Assembly: GCA_902538185.1 (NCBI GenBank)
Contig: CACBED010000001.1
Coordinates: 34,195-98,194 of the forward strand
From: an uncultured OCS116 cluster bacterium
Lineage (GTDB): Bacteria; Pseudomonadota; Alphaproteobacteria; Rhizobiales; TMED25
Reading direction: 5' to 3'
Length of the DNA: 64,000 nucleotides
How positions within the stretch are numbered: the stretch's first letter is position 1; every line of letters starts with the position of its first letter. Shown here piece after piece: positions 37,308 to 48,137 of this stretch. Made by a program: the position numbers and the translations under genes. Below the pieces are notes generated by a model. The model did not search any database. It was not told the origin of the DNA and saw nothing but the letters and a program-made list of their open reading frames with translations.

Positions 37308-38369
37308 TTAACCTAAAATCTTCTTCATAAGCTCTGCAGTATAATTCACCATTGGTATTATTTTACCATAATTCATTCTCGTTGGGCCAATCACACCAAG
37401 TACCCCAATAACCTGCTTTTTTTCATTTTTATATGGTGTGACTATCATAGACGAGCCTGACAATGAGAATAATTTATTTTCAGATCCAATAAAAATTCTC
37501 ACCCCCTCAGCCTTTTCTGCCATTCCAAGTAATTCCATGATTTCTTGCTTATTTTCTAAATCTTGAAAGAGATGCCTGACCTTTTCAAGATCATCATTAG
37601 CCTCAATATTTGAGATTAACTTCGATGCACCTTTGACGATTAAGATCTTATCATCTTTATTATAATTTGAATTACTCCATGTTGCCAGACCTTGGGTTAA
37701 TAAATCTGTAGTTTCCTTGTCAAGTTCATTTTTCTTATGTACGAAATCGGACTCTATTCTCTTGACAGCCTCATTCAACGTAAGACCCCTCATGTGATGA
37801 TTAAGATAGTTACTCGCAGATGCCAAGCTAGAAGCTGTAATTCCCTCAGAATTATTTATAATTCTATTTTCAACTTTACCATCCTCATCTACAAGGATAA
37901 CGAGAATTTTTGTTTTATCGAGGGAAACAAATTCGATGTGCTTGACGTATTTTACATCTTTATTTACCGAAACAACTCCCGTGCAATTTGTTAAACCTGA
38001 TAGCATTTCGCTCGCCTTACTCAATGCGTCTTCTAATGTCATATTGTTTGTCATAGCCTGCTCTTTCATCGCAGCTTGATCTGTGTCGGTGAGATTGCCA
38101 ATCTCCAGCATTGCGTCAACAAATAATCTGAGGCCACCCTCCGTTGGTATCCTTCCCGAACTTGTATGAGGCGAATATATGAGACCCAAAGACTCTAAAT
38201 CATGCATAACGTTTCTAATTGAAGCGGCAGATAAATTTATTCTGTCCATTTGTGATACTGTTCTAGATCCAATTGGAAAACCCTTAGCCAAATACTCTTC
38301 AACAATTCTCTTAAAGATTTCTCGCGACCTATCGTCGAGATGAAATAGATTGGAATTCTTAATAGTCAT
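37308..38369 (-). CDS. hrcA: Heat-inducible transcription repressor HrcA
   Basis: 353 aa with an N-terminal winged helix (IFKRIVEEYLAKGFPIGSRTV) and IRN.M.DLE..GLI...HTSSGRIPT. Confidence 0.9.
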   Translation of the reverse strand: MTIKNSNLFHLDDRSREIFKRIVEEYLAKGFPIGSRTVSQMDRINLSAASIRNVMHDLESLGLIYSPHTSSGRIPTEGGLRLFVDAMLEIGNLTDTDQAAMKEQAMTNNMTLEDALSKASEMLSGLTNCTGVVSVNKDVKYVKHIEFVSLDKTKILVILVDEDGKVENRIINNSEGITASSLASASNYLNHHMRGLTLNEAVKRIESDFVHKKNELDKETTDLLTQGLATWSNSNYNKDDKILIVKGASKLISNIEANDDLEKVRHLFQDLENKQEIMELLGMAEKAEGVRIFIGSENKLFSLSGSSMIVTPYKNEKKQVIGVLGVIGPTRMNYGKIIPMVNYTAELMKKILG

Positions 38370-38455
38370 TTTCCTTGTTATTCTTTTTCTATTTTAATTC
38401 TTCATTTTTATACCTTATATTAGTAAAAAAAATAACATAAAATCAAGAGATATAA

Positions 38456-39169
38456 ATGAGAGTAAATAAGAGGGAATCAATGGCAATTCGCCCAATAAAA
38501 ATAACGCCAGGTATAATAGAAAACGCTGATGGCTCCTGTATGATTGAGGTCGGTAAGACGCGAGTTATATGTACAGCTTCAATTGATAGCAGAGTTCCAT
38601 TTTGGCTAAAAAATTCAGGAAAAGGGTGGATCACGGCTGAATATGGTATGCTACCAAGATCGACAAATCAGAGAATGCCGAGAGAATCAAAATCTGGTAA
38701 GCAAACAGGCCGTACCCAAGAAATCCAAAGGCTCATTGGTAGAAGCCTGAGGGCTTGCACGGATTTAGAAAGAATTCCTGAAAAACAAATTATTATTGAT
38801 TGTGACGTTATAGAAGCTGATGGAGGCACAAGAACAGCATCTATAACAGGTGCTTGGCTATCACTAAAATTTTGCGTAGAAAAGATGATGAGGCATGGGA
38901 TAATAAATAGTAGCCCAATAAAAAAACAGATTGCAGCTATATCCTGCGGTATTTTGAATGGTGAGGTGCTTATTGATCTGGATTATGAAGAAGACTCAGC
39001 AGCTGAAGTAGATGCAAATTTTGTATTCACAAGTGATTTTGAGTTAATTGAAGTTCAGTCAACTGGTGAAGAGCAAACCTTTAAAGTTGAAGATTTGAAT
39101 CAGATGTTAAATTTGGTCAGAATAAATTCCCAGAAAGTTTTCGAAGCTCAAAAAAAGGCAATTTCATAA
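38456..39169 (+). CDS. rph: Ribonuclease PH
   Basis: 237 aa with RPIKITPG...ADGSCMIEVGKTRVICTAS, TGRTQEIQRLIGRSLR and DCDVIEADGGTRTASITG. Confidence 0.93.
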   Translation: MRVNKRESMAIRPIKITPGIIENADGSCMIEVGKTRVICTASIDSRVPFWLKNSGKGWITAEYGMLPRSTNQRMPRESKSGKQTGRTQEIQRLIGRSLRACTDLERIPEKQIIIDCDVIEADGGTRTASITGAWLSLKFCVEKMMRHGIINSSPIKKQIAAISCGILNGEVLIDLDYEEDSAAEVDANFVFTSDFELIEVQSTGEEQTFKVEDLNQMLNLVRINSQKVFEAQKKAIS

Positions 39170-39171
39170 AA

Positions 39172-39807
39172 ATGTATGACCTGCATCAAGATAAACTGCT
39201 AATTGCCAGTCATAATGAGGGCAAAATATCTGAATTTAGTGAACTTCTTGGATTATTAAAAATAGATATATCCTCATCTAGAGAATTAAAACTGCCCGAA
39301 CCGGTTGAAGATGGTCTAACATTCGAGGAGAACGCACTAATTAAAGCAAAATCTGCATCCGATTATTCCAATTTAATTTCTTTATCCGACGACTCTGGTA
39401 TTGAAATTGATGCTTTAGATAAACAGCCGGGTATATACTCTGCAAGGTGGGCGGGGCCAAATAGAGACTTTGATTTTGCAATGCGTGAAGTCACAAGATT
39501 ATTGGATGAAAAGAAAATACCAATTGCAGAAAGAACAGCAAGATTTGTATGTGCATTATGTCTTTTTTATCCAAATGGTGAATATCATTTTTTTGTTGGA
39601 AAAATTGAAGGGCGAGTAGTTTGGCCACCGCGTGGTAAATATGGTTTTGGTTATGATGCAATATTCGAGCCACTTAATATGAATAAAACATTTGGAGAAA
39701 TAACATCGGATAAGAAACACTCATGGACACCAGAAAAAGTTGGATTATCTCATCGAGCAAAAGCTTTTGCAAAATTTGTTAGTTATTTATCTCAGAAAAA
39801 AAAGTGA
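39172..39807 (+). CDS. rdgB: Non-canonical purine NTP pyrophosphatase RdgB (HAM1 family)
   Basis: 211 aa with LLIASHNEGKISEF, DDSGIEIDAL...PGIYSAR and FGYDAIF. Part of the rph-rdgB-hemW order. Confidence 0.88.
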   Translation: MYDLHQDKLLIASHNEGKISEFSELLGLLKIDISSSRELKLPEPVEDGLTFEENALIKAKSASDYSNLISLSDDSGIEIDALDKQPGIYSARWAGPNRDFDFAMREVTRLLDEKKIPIAERTARFVCALCLFYPNGEYHFFVGKIEGRVVWPPRGKYGFGYDAIFEPLNMNKTFGEITSDKKHSWTPEKVGLSHRAKAFAKFVSYLSQKKK

Positions 39808-40953
39808 ATGATGTCCGAATTAAGTATTTATATCCATTGGCCCTATTGTCTATCTAAGTGTCCATATTGTGATTTTAACAGTCATGTTCCAGATAAAAAA
39901 ATTAATCAAGAAGAGTTCCTGGAGCTCATAAAAAAAGAAATAGATTATCATGGTAAATACATAGATAACAAAAAAATTTCATCTATTTTTTTTGGTGGCG
40001 GAACACCATCCTTAATGGATCCAAATATTATTGAGAGAATTTTAGCTCATCTATCCAGCCGTTGCAATATTGAGAATAATACAGAAATCACGATGGAAGC
40101 TAACCCTACTAGTGTGGAGTTACAAAAATTTAGGGATTACTCAAATACCGGCATAAATAGAATATCAATTGGTGTTCAATCATTAGATAATGATGATTTA
40201 AAAAATCTTGGCAGGACTCATACAGCTGAGCTGGCAATTAAGGCAATTGGTATCGCACAAAAATACTTTGAATCAGTTTCTATAGACTTAATCTACGCTC
40301 GACCTGGTCAGAATGAAAAGTCATGGAAATTGGAATTGGAGAGAGCCCTCTCTCTTCAAACACAACACTTGTCTTTATACCAGTTAACAATTGAACCAAA
40401 TACTCTGTATGAGAAGTTATATAAATCTGGAAAAATTAAATTACCAAATGAAACACTATCTAATGAGTTATATCAAATTACTGAAGAGATTTGTCATAAA
40501 TTCTCTCTGAAAAAATATGAAATCTCAAATTTTTCAAAGAGGGGATTCGAGTGCAAGCACAATTTAAATTATTGGAATTGCGGCGAATGGATAGGCATTG
40601 GTCCAGGTGCTCACTCACGAGTAAAAGAAAAAAATAAAAGAAGGTCTCTAATCAACGAATATGATCCATATAATTGGGGTCAGAAGATAAGAAATTCTGG
40701 ACATTCTATGATCGAAAACAGTGTTCTGACAGACGAACAGAATCAAGACGAATATATTGTGATGTCGATGCGAACAAGGGATGGTTTGAACGTCAATAAG
40801 TACGAAAAGTTAGGTGGTAAATTGAATATAGATAACATAAATTTACTTATATCAAATGGCTATTTGAGGAAAGGTAAAACGGAAGAAAATATAAAAATAA
40901 CGAGAAAAGGATCACTTGTTTGCGATAGTATAATATCAAGTTTAGCGGACTAA
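39808..40953 (+). CDS. hemW: Radical SAM family haem chaperone HemW (HemN-like, oxygen-independent coproporphyrinogen oxidase family)
   Basis: 381 aa with YIHWPYCLSKCPYCDFNS (CxxxCxxC) and FFGGGTPS. Confidence 0.85.
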   Translation: MMSELSIYIHWPYCLSKCPYCDFNSHVPDKKINQEEFLELIKKEIDYHGKYIDNKKISSIFFGGGTPSLMDPNIIERILAHLSSRCNIENNTEITMEANPTSVELQKFRDYSNTGINRISIGVQSLDNDDLKNLGRTHTAELAIKAIGIAQKYFESVSIDLIYARPGQNEKSWKLELERALSLQTQHLSLYQLTIEPNTLYEKLYKSGKIKLPNETLSNELYQITEEICHKFSLKKYEISNFSKRGFECKHNLNYWNCGEWIGIGPGAHSRVKEKNKRRSLINEYDPYNWGQKIRNSGHSMIENSVLTDEQNQDEYIVMSMRTRDGLNVNKYEKLGGKLNIDNINLLISNGYLRKGKTEENIKITRKGSLVCDSIISSLAD

Positions 40954-40975
40954 AAATAATTGGAAATAATAAAAA

Positions 40976-41815
40976 ATGGAAAATACCCAAGGACTATATC
41001 TTGTTTCAACACCAATTGGAAATCTTGAAGATATATCGCATCGTGCTGTCAGAATATTAAACTCCGTTGACATGATCTATTGTGAAGATACTCGTGTATC
41101 AAAAAAACTTCTCAACCATTATCAAATCAAAAAACAGCTACTCCTTTACAATGATTTTAGCAGTGAATTATCCCGCAATAAAATTCTAAGTAAACTGATG
41201 GAGGGTAAGTCGGTAGCATTAATTTCTGACGCAGGAACACCCCTCATATCAGACCCAGGGTATAAATTAGTTAAATTGTGCAGACAAAAAAAAATACCAA
41301 TATACACAATACCGGGACCATCTGCATTGACTTCCTCCGTAATCATATCCGGATTACCAACAGATAAGATATATTTTTTGGGATTTCTTCCGGGTACTGC
41401 ATCAAAAAGAAAGCACGAGCTTCAGAAAATAAAAAAGCTAGATGCAACAATCGTCATCTTCGAGAGTGCGAAAAAAATCCACAAGACTTTAAATGAGATA
41501 CAAAATTATTTTGGTGATATTGAGATTGTAATAGCAAGGGAAATGACGAAGGTATTTGAAGAGGTTATTACAAATAAAATTAGTAATATTATCTCCGAAA
41601 TAAACGAAAAACCCATAAAAGGGGAAATGGTCATACTTTTTAATACCTCAAAATTAATTACACATAATGTTGATTTTGTTGAGGTAGAAAATGACATAAA
41701 AAAACAAATAAATGATTTGCCTGTGAAACAAATTACAAATATGATTCATATGAAATATAACCTTCCAAAAAAAATGGTTTATGATCTATGTCTCAAATCA
41801 AAAAAAACTAAATAA
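40976..41815 (+). CDS. rsmI: 16S rRNA (cytidine1402-2'-O)-methyltransferase RsmI
   Basis: 279 aa with LYLVSTPIGNLEDIS.RA...L, CEDTR, SDAGTPLISDPG and a tetrapyrrole-methylase-like fold. Confidence 0.85.
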   Translation: MENTQGLYLVSTPIGNLEDISHRAVRILNSVDMIYCEDTRVSKKLLNHYQIKKQLLLYNDFSSELSRNKILSKLMEGKSVALISDAGTPLISDPGYKLVKLCRQKKIPIYTIPGPSALTSSVIISGLPTDKIYFLGFLPGTASKRKHELQKIKKLDATIVIFESAKKIHKTLNEIQNYFGDIEIVIAREMTKVFEEVITNKISNIISEINEKPIKGEMVILFNTSKLITHNVDFVEVENDIKKQINDLPVKQITNMIHMKYNLPKKMVYDLCLKSKKTK

Positions 41816-41858
41816 TATTTTTGATTTTTAAAAAAAAATAAGCATATAACGACACATT

Positions 41859-42797
41859 ATGAAAATCATAGTACAAATGGACCCAATAGAGAGACTAAAC
41901 CTGTCTGGTGATAGCACTTTCGCCCTTCTTTTAGAAGCACAGGAAAGAGGTTACGATATAGATATATACACCCCGCATATGTTGACTCTAAATGATGGAT
42001 TATTATCTGCGGAAGCACAGCAAATAAATGCTTACCATAGCCCTGATAGAATAGAAGAATTAAACCATCCGAGATCTGTGTTACTAGATGAATATGACAT
42101 TGTGCTGATGAGACAAGATCCACCTTTTGATATGAGCTACATTACCGCCACTCATCTTTTAGAAACAATTCAGGACAAAACGCTAATTTTGAATAATCCA
42201 TTTTATGTACGAAACTGTCCAGAAAAGATTTTTGTAAATAAATATATGAAATATATGCCACACACACTTATAACCCGAAATATGAATGAAATAATAAAAT
42301 TTCGAGATAAACATGAAAAAATAATAATAAAACCACTATATGGTAATGGCGGGGCTAATGTTTTTTATTCTGATGGTACTGATAGAAACTTCGGATCAAT
42401 AATTGAAAATTTTTTGGAATTGAATAATGAGCCTTTTATAATTCAGCAGTTTATTCCAAAAGTCAAAGAAGGTGATAAGAGAATAATTCTCATTGATGGG
42501 GAAATTGCAGGGGCGATAAATCGTTTACCCCAAGATGGGGAAATTAGATCAAATATGCATGTTGGAGGGCTACCTGCTAAAACCGAAATAACAGAGGGAG
42601 ATGCTAAAATATGCAATGCCATCTCGCAAGACTTAAAGGATTTTGGCTTATTTTTTGCCGGAATAGACATAATTGATAATCTTATTACTGAGATTAATGT
42701 CACTTCCCCAACTGGAATAAGAGAAATTCTCCAATTGAGCGGCATTGATGTTGCAAAAATATTTTGGGATCAGGCCGAAAAAAAAATAAATAATTAG
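41859..42797 (+). CDS. gshB: Glutathione synthetase (prokaryotic ATP-grasp type)
   Basis: 312 aa with MRQDPPFD, KPLYGNGG, EGDKRIILIDGE and SNMHVGG. Confidence 0.9.
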   Translation: MKIIVQMDPIERLNLSGDSTFALLLEAQERGYDIDIYTPHMLTLNDGLLSAEAQQINAYHSPDRIEELNHPRSVLLDEYDIVLMRQDPPFDMSYITATHLLETIQDKTLILNNPFYVRNCPEKIFVNKYMKYMPHTLITRNMNEIIKFRDKHEKIIIKPLYGNGGANVFYSDGTDRNFGSIIENFLELNNEPFIIQQFIPKVKEGDKRIILIDGEIAGAINRLPQDGEIRSNMHVGGLPAKTEITEGDAKICNAISQDLKDFGLFFAGIDIIDNLITEINVTSPTGIREILQLSGIDVAKIFWDQAEKKINN

Positions 42798-42823
42798 AAT
42801 AATATAATTTTATACCTACTCAT

Positions 42824-43699
42824 ATGTCGAAGATAACTCAAAAAATTAAAGAATATAATTCCCATAATAAAAATAAAATTTTAAGTCTCCGAAGGAGAAT
42901 AACCAAAGAGCCACAGAACATAGATTTGGACGCGAGATTGGCAAAAACAAAAAATGAGATAAAAGCAGCTCAACAATTAAGGTTTAAAGTATTTTACAAG
43001 GAGTTGTCCGCGCACCCAAGCATACTAACTAGATTTACACGAAGAGATAGAGACACCTACGATAAAATTTGCCAACACATGCTTGTCATTGATAAATCAA
43101 ACAAAAAGAGAGGTATATTATTAATAGGAAAAAAGAAAGAAAATGTTGTGGGGACTTACAGGCTACTCCCTCAGAGAGATGCAGAGTCCAATAAGGGATT
43201 TTATAGCCAAGATGAGTATGATATAAAACCGCTTATTGAAAAGCATAAAGAAAGAAAGTTTCTAGAGCTTGGGCGCTCATGTGTACTAAATTCATATCGT
43301 AAAAAATCAACGATTGAGCTGCTTTGGCAGGGTGTTTGGAGATACATATTGGAAAATAATTTTGATGTTATGATCGGGTGTGCAAGCTTTCAAGCAACAG
43401 AACCTGAGCAAATTGATATGGCATTAAGCTTCCTTCATCATTACGCATTAGCGCCAGAGGAATGGCGTGTTAATGCAAAAAAAAATAGATACGTAAATAT
43501 GAATATGATGAAAAAAGAGGAGATTAACAAGAAAGAAGCTTTAAAAATTATGCCTCCACTGATAAAGGGTTATTTGAGATTAGGGGCTTACGTAGGAGAT
43601 GGGGCGGTTATTGATAAGCAGTTTGGCACAATCGATGTTTTTATTGTAATGCCTCGTGAGCTGATTGAGAAAAGATTCGTAGATAAATTCACTATATGA
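42824..43699 (+). CDS. olsB: GNAT-fold N-acyltransferase, ornithine-lipid OlsB-like (COG3176 'haemolysin-like')
   Basis: 291 aa with AQQLRFKVFY.EL, YRLLPQ, LELGRSCV and GYLRLGA. Its position relative to glnD...plsC-miaB matches my recollection of olsB/olsA in Sinorhizobium meliloti. Confidence 0.6.
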   Translation: MSKITQKIKEYNSHNKNKILSLRRRITKEPQNIDLDARLAKTKNEIKAAQQLRFKVFYKELSAHPSILTRFTRRDRDTYDKICQHMLVIDKSNKKRGILLIGKKKENVVGTYRLLPQRDAESNKGFYSQDEYDIKPLIEKHKERKFLELGRSCVLNSYRKKSTIELLWQGVWRYILENNFDVMIGCASFQATEPEQIDMALSFLHHYALAPEEWRVNAKKNRYVNMNMMKKEEINKKEALKIMPPLIKGYLRLGAYVGDGAVIDKQFGTIDVFIVMPRELIEKRFVDKFTI

Positions 43700-43831
43700 G
43701 AATATTAGGTCCATCACATCAGATGAAATTAGACAATGATAAGCTACACCAAGTTATGGTTATTAAGTGCTCCGATGTTAGAGCGTTATCTAAAGATATA
43801 TATATTTTTAAACAGCTGTAAGTAATCAAAT

Positions 43832-46582
43832 ATGGATAAGAACACAGACATATTAATGAATCCAAAGTCTCTTGCTTTATCTATCAGCAAGATTTTGTCG
43901 AAAAATAAAGGTAATGTCTCAAAAACCCGTGAGGGTCTAGTCGCCGTATTATCCGATACAATAGAATCAGCAAGAAAAAAAGCTGAAAGCTCACTAAAGA
44001 GGCATGGGAATGGTATTCGAACAGCGCGAAGCATATCAGAGTTCCAAGATACGCTCATAAAAACAATGTATGAATTTATAGTCCAAAACGTATATTTACC
44101 AAAGGACCTAAAGAATATTGATAAAATATGCCTAGTCGCTGTTGGTGGCTACGGTAGAGGGACTCTTGCTCCTTTTTCGGATATTGATCTGCTCTTCTTG
44201 CACTCGAATAAACTTAATAACTGGACAGAGTCCGTTATTGAATACATGCTTTATATTCTCTGGGACTTAGGCTTTAAGGTTGGTCATGCAACAAGAAATT
44301 TAGATCAATGTCTTGAACTCTCAAAATCTGACCTCACCATAAGAACATCAATTTTAGAAGCAAGATATGTACATGGGCACAAAGATTTATATGAAAAATT
44401 AATTCAAAGGTTCAACACCGAAATTGTTGCCAAGACAGCTGATGAATTTATAGAGATGAAGTTAGATGAGAGAGATAAAAGACATAATACATATGGTTCA
44501 TCGCGCTTCCTTGTTGAGCCAAATGTTAAAGAAAGTAAAGGAGGGCTGAGAGACTTACATACACTCTTTTGGATTGGTAAGTATCTTTTTAGAACCCAGG
44601 CTCTTGATGATTTAACGAAAAATGACCAATTTCTCACCTCATCAGAATTAAATAGCTTCAAAAAAGCAGAAGATTTTTTTTGGGTTGTAAGATGTCACTT
44701 ACATTTTATCTCAAATAGAGATAACGAAGTTCTGACCTTTGATAAACAGCTCGAACTTGCATCAAGGTTGGGATACGCCAAGAGACCTGGTCAAAAAGAT
44801 GTTGAACGTTTCATGAAGCATTATTTTATGACTGCAAAGGAAGTTGGAAACTTAACAAGAATAGTTTGTGCTTCTCTTGAGGAAAAATCGATAAAAAAAG
44901 ATCCAACTGTCTATGAAGTTCTGGATAATCTTTTGTCTTTTCGAAAAAAAGACAACAAAGAAACAAATTTTTACATAAAGAAGGGTAGGCTCCATACAAA
45001 AGATAATTTTAGCTTCAATGAGAATAAATTAGATTTGATCAGACTCTTCATCATAGCCGACCAGGATAATGTACTACTCAGCCCAGAGATAATTCAATCC
45101 ACTAATCGTTCACTCAAGATTATTGATAATGATTTACGAAATAATAAGCTCGCAAATAAAATTTTTTTAGATCTATTTTCAAATTCGAGAGAACCAGAAA
45201 CAATACTGAGAAACATGAACGATGCTGGAGTTCTCGCAAAATTTTTACCTGATTTCGCTAGGGTTGAGGGAATGTCTCTTTTTAACCTCTACCACAATTA
45301 TACTGTAGATGAACACCTTCTAAAAACGGTTGGCTTCATGAGTAAAATAATTAATAATACCCTGAGTCAACCTCATCCATTTACCTCTAATTTTAATGCT
45401 AAACTTGATAACAAAAAAGTCCTACTTCTCTCTGCTTTTCTCCATGATATTGGTAAAGGAAGGAAGCAAGATCATAGTATTCTGGGATCCCAAATAACAG
45501 AAAAATTATGTAATAGAATCGGAATGAAAAAAAATGAAGTATCCCAGACAGCATGGCTCGTGAAAAATCATTTAGTTATGAGTGATGTTGCACAAAAAAG
45601 AGATTTATATGACCCAAAGACAATAGTAGATTTTGCTAGCATCGTAAAAAATCAGAAAAATTTAGATTACCTTTTGGCTTTAACCGTTGCAGATATAATG
45701 TCAGTTGGTCCAAGTATTTGGAATGCTTGGAAGAGTGGTCTTCTCAGGACCCTCTATAATGAGACATCAAATTATTTAAGTGGAGATAAAAATAAATCTA
45801 TTGAAAATGAAAATAACTGCATCAAAGCTCAAAATAAATTTAAAGAAGAGTTGTCTGACTGGCCAAAACTACTTATAAATTCATACGTTCATAGGTTTAG
45901 TAATAACTACTGGCTTACAACCTCGATTGAACAGCAAATCGCGCATGCAAAAATCTTAAAAGATAAAGACTCAAAAAATATATCTCTCGAGATTTACAGT
46001 AAAAAAAATACCAATAATAACACAACAACCATCACCCTTATTGGACCTGACTATCCTAATTTATTAGAAACATTAGCCGGCGCGTGCTCACTATATGACG
46101 CGAACATAATTGATGCCCAGATTGAAACTACAATCGATGGAATAGCTATTGATACCATATCTGTTAGTCGAGATTTCCAAGATCAAGATGAAGACAGAAG
46201 AATCATTAGAATTTCAGATTGCATAAAAAAAAGCCTAAGTGGTGAGTTATCGCTTGATAGAGAGATATCAAAAAAAGTTACAAAAATTCGCTATGAAAAA
46301 ACATTTAAAGTCAGTAATAAAGTTAATATAACAAATGAATTTTCAAATAACTCAACTGTTATTGAAATTGAGGGTAGGGATAGACCCGGATTGCTCTATC
46401 AAATTGCCAACACATTGAAAGAAACAAACATCAATATTAAATCGGCACACGTTGTTACTTTTGGAGAAAAAGCAAATGATATCTTTTACATAACAAATCT
46501 TTTTGGAGAAAAAATTTATACGCCTGAAAAGCTTTTATTAATAAAAAGTATGTTGTTATCTTCAATGAAAGAAAATACGTAA
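43832..46582 (+). CDS. glnD: [Protein-PII] uridylyltransferase / uridylyl-removing enzyme
   Basis: 916 aa with a nucleotidyltransferase motif (VAVGGYGRGTLAPFSDIDLLFL), an HD domain (LLSAFLHDIGKG) and two C-terminal ACT-like domains. Confidence 0.92.
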   Translation: MDKNTDILMNPKSLALSISKILSKNKGNVSKTREGLVAVLSDTIESARKKAESSLKRHGNGIRTARSISEFQDTLIKTMYEFIVQNVYLPKDLKNIDKICLVAVGGYGRGTLAPFSDIDLLFLHSNKLNNWTESVIEYMLYILWDLGFKVGHATRNLDQCLELSKSDLTIRTSILEARYVHGHKDLYEKLIQRFNTEIVAKTADEFIEMKLDERDKRHNTYGSSRFLVEPNVKESKGGLRDLHTLFWIGKYLFRTQALDDLTKNDQFLTSSELNSFKKAEDFFWVVRCHLHFISNRDNEVLTFDKQLELASRLGYAKRPGQKDVERFMKHYFMTAKEVGNLTRIVCASLEEKSIKKDPTVYEVLDNLLSFRKKDNKETNFYIKKGRLHTKDNFSFNENKLDLIRLFIIADQDNVLLSPEIIQSTNRSLKIIDNDLRNNKLANKIFLDLFSNSREPETILRNMNDAGVLAKFLPDFARVEGMSLFNLYHNYTVDEHLLKTVGFMSKIINNTLSQPHPFTSNFNAKLDNKKVLLLSAFLHDIGKGRKQDHSILGSQITEKLCNRIGMKKNEVSQTAWLVKNHLVMSDVAQKRDLYDPKTIVDFASIVKNQKNLDYLLALTVADIMSVGPSIWNAWKSGLLRTLYNETSNYLSGDKNKSIENENNCIKAQNKFKEELSDWPKLLINSYVHRFSNNYWLTTSIEQQIAHAKILKDKDSKNISLEIYSKKNTNNNTTTITLIGPDYPNLLETLAGACSLYDANIIDAQIETTIDGIAIDTISVSRDFQDQDEDRRIIRISDCIKKSLSGELSLDREISKKVTKIRYEKTFKVSNKVNITNEFSNNSTVIEIEGRDRPGLLYQIANTLKETNINIKSAHVVTFGEKANDIFYITNLFGEKIYTPEKLLLIKSMLLSSMKENT

Positions 46583-46591
46583 CCTAATTTT

Positions 46592-48136
46592 ATGAATATA
46601 ATCAAACCATTATTCCGAGTTTCCGGTATGACGCTCATCAGCAGATTACTCGGATTTATCAGGGATATACTAATTGCAGCAACATTTGGTGCGGGAAGTA
46701 TTGCTGATGCCTTTTTTATTGCTCTAAAGTTTCCAAATATTTTTAGAAGAATTATGGCGGAAGGCGCACTAAATATGTCTTTTATACCAATGTTTTCTAA
46801 AAAACTACCCAATAGTAAAGATGCAAATATTTTTTTCAGTGAGATTTTTAACTTCTTATTCTGGTCCTTACTGCTAATTGTAAGCGTATTTGAAATACTA
46901 ATGCCCGCTTTGGTATTTATACTGGCGCCTGGATTTTTACAAGATCCAAAAAAAATAGATTTAGTTGTTGATTTAGCTCGTATCTCCTTCCCATATCTTT
47001 TTTTTATATCGCTTGTGACACTCCTCTGCGGGGTCTTGAATTCACTAGGAAAGTACCTGCTCGCAGCATCAATGCCAATATTTGTAAATATTTCAATGAT
47101 AATTGCTTTATTACATGTGCAGACAATGGAAATGCAAAATACTCGGGCTGCAGCTCTTTTATTAATGGTAAGCTTCTTAATCTCAGGTGTCTTACAGTTA
47201 GCTCTAAGTATTTATGGATGTAAAAAACATGGTTTCTTTCCGAAAGTAAAACTTCCGAAAATTTCCGATAATATAAAGAAATTTATGATTTTAAGCTTCC
47301 CTGCGATTGGAGCTGGTGGAATTATTCAAATAAATATCCTTATTGGAAGCATTATCGCATCATTTGAAGAAAAAGCTGTGTCTTATTTGTATTACGCAGA
47401 TAGGATATACCAGCTCCCATTGGCAATGATTGGCATTTCTATGGGGATTATACTTCTTCCAGAGCTATCCAGGGAAATTGCACAAAAAAATTCAAAAAAT
47501 ATTGACCTCATTCAAGAAAAATCACTTGAAATATCACTCCTTCTTGCAACTCCAGCTGCGTTTGGCCTTATTTTTTTATCCCAAGAAATTATAATGGTTT
47601 TATTTGAGCGCGCTTTCTTTACTTACACAGATACAATTGCAACCTCTCGTGCACTAATTGTTTTTGCCTTGGGATTACCCGCTTTTGTTTCTGTTAAAAT
47701 TTTTCAAGTAATGTTTTTTTCAAGAGAAAATACAAGGTCTCCAATGATCTTCGCCGGTTTTACTGTCCTCGCAAATATATTTATTTCACTATCACTATTC
47801 CAATATTTAGGTTATTTAGGAATTGCAATCGCCACAACCATTTCCTCATGGATAAATCTAATTTTACTTTACCGAGAGTCTGCTACAAAAAAATACTTTA
47901 TTTTTAATGTAAGATTATTAAATCGTATAATAAAAATTACCATAGCTTCTACAGGCATGATACTTATCCTGTTTTTAATTGAAAAAAATTCATCAATTTT
48001 ACAATTTTCAGAAGGGTATATTGTCAATTTTTTAATACTTTTATGCTATGTTATAATTGGAATAATTTTTTATGGAATAATTTGCAAAGCACTCAAAATT
48101 ATTGAATTAAAATCCTTTTTTAGATACATGCGATAG
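46592..48136 (+). CDS. murJ: Lipid II flippase MurJ (MviN)
   Basis: 514 aa, polytopic, with N-terminal [40 protein letters not shown], the MurJ signature. Confidence 0.9.
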   Translation: MNIIKPLFRVSGMTLISRLLGFIRDILIAATFGAGSIADAFFIALKFPNIFRRIMAEGALNMSFIPMFSKKLPNSKDANIFFSEIFNFLFWSLLLIVSVFEILMPALVFILAPGFLQDPKKIDLVVDLARISFPYLFFISLVTLLCGVLNSLGKYLLAASMPIFVNISMIIALLHVQTMEMQNTRAAALLLMVSFLISGVLQLALSIYGCKKHGFFPKVKLPKISDNIKKFMILSFPAIGAGGIIQINILIGSIIASFEEKAVSYLYYADRIYQLPLAMIGISMGIILLPELSREIAQKNSKNIDLIQEKSLEISLLLATPAAFGLIFLSQEIIMVLFERAFFTYTDTIATSRALIVFALGLPAFVSVKIFQVMFFSRENTRSPMIFAGFTVLANIFISLSLFQYLGYLGIAIATTISSWINLILLYRESATKKYFIFNVRLLNRIIKITIASTGMILILFLIEKNSSILQFSEGYIVNFLILLCYVIIGIIFYGIICKALKIIELKSFFRYMR

Positions 48137-48137
48137 A

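Noticed and set aside
38370-38455. Looked for a CIRCE operator (TTAGCACTC-N9-GAGTGCTAA) or a sigma32 promoter upstream of hrcA and grpE
   Set aside because: No CIRCE-like inverted repeat is present. A CTTG...CTAATAT pair has the wrong spacing (about 20 nt). CIRCE is expected at groESL, which is not in the window.
43723-43821. 32-codon ORF (MKLDNDKLHQVMVIKCSDVRALSKDIYIFKQL) in the spacer upstream of glnD
   Set aside because: It has no Shine-Dalgarno sequence and no recognisable family, and an ORF of this length is expected by chance. It is not reported as a feature.
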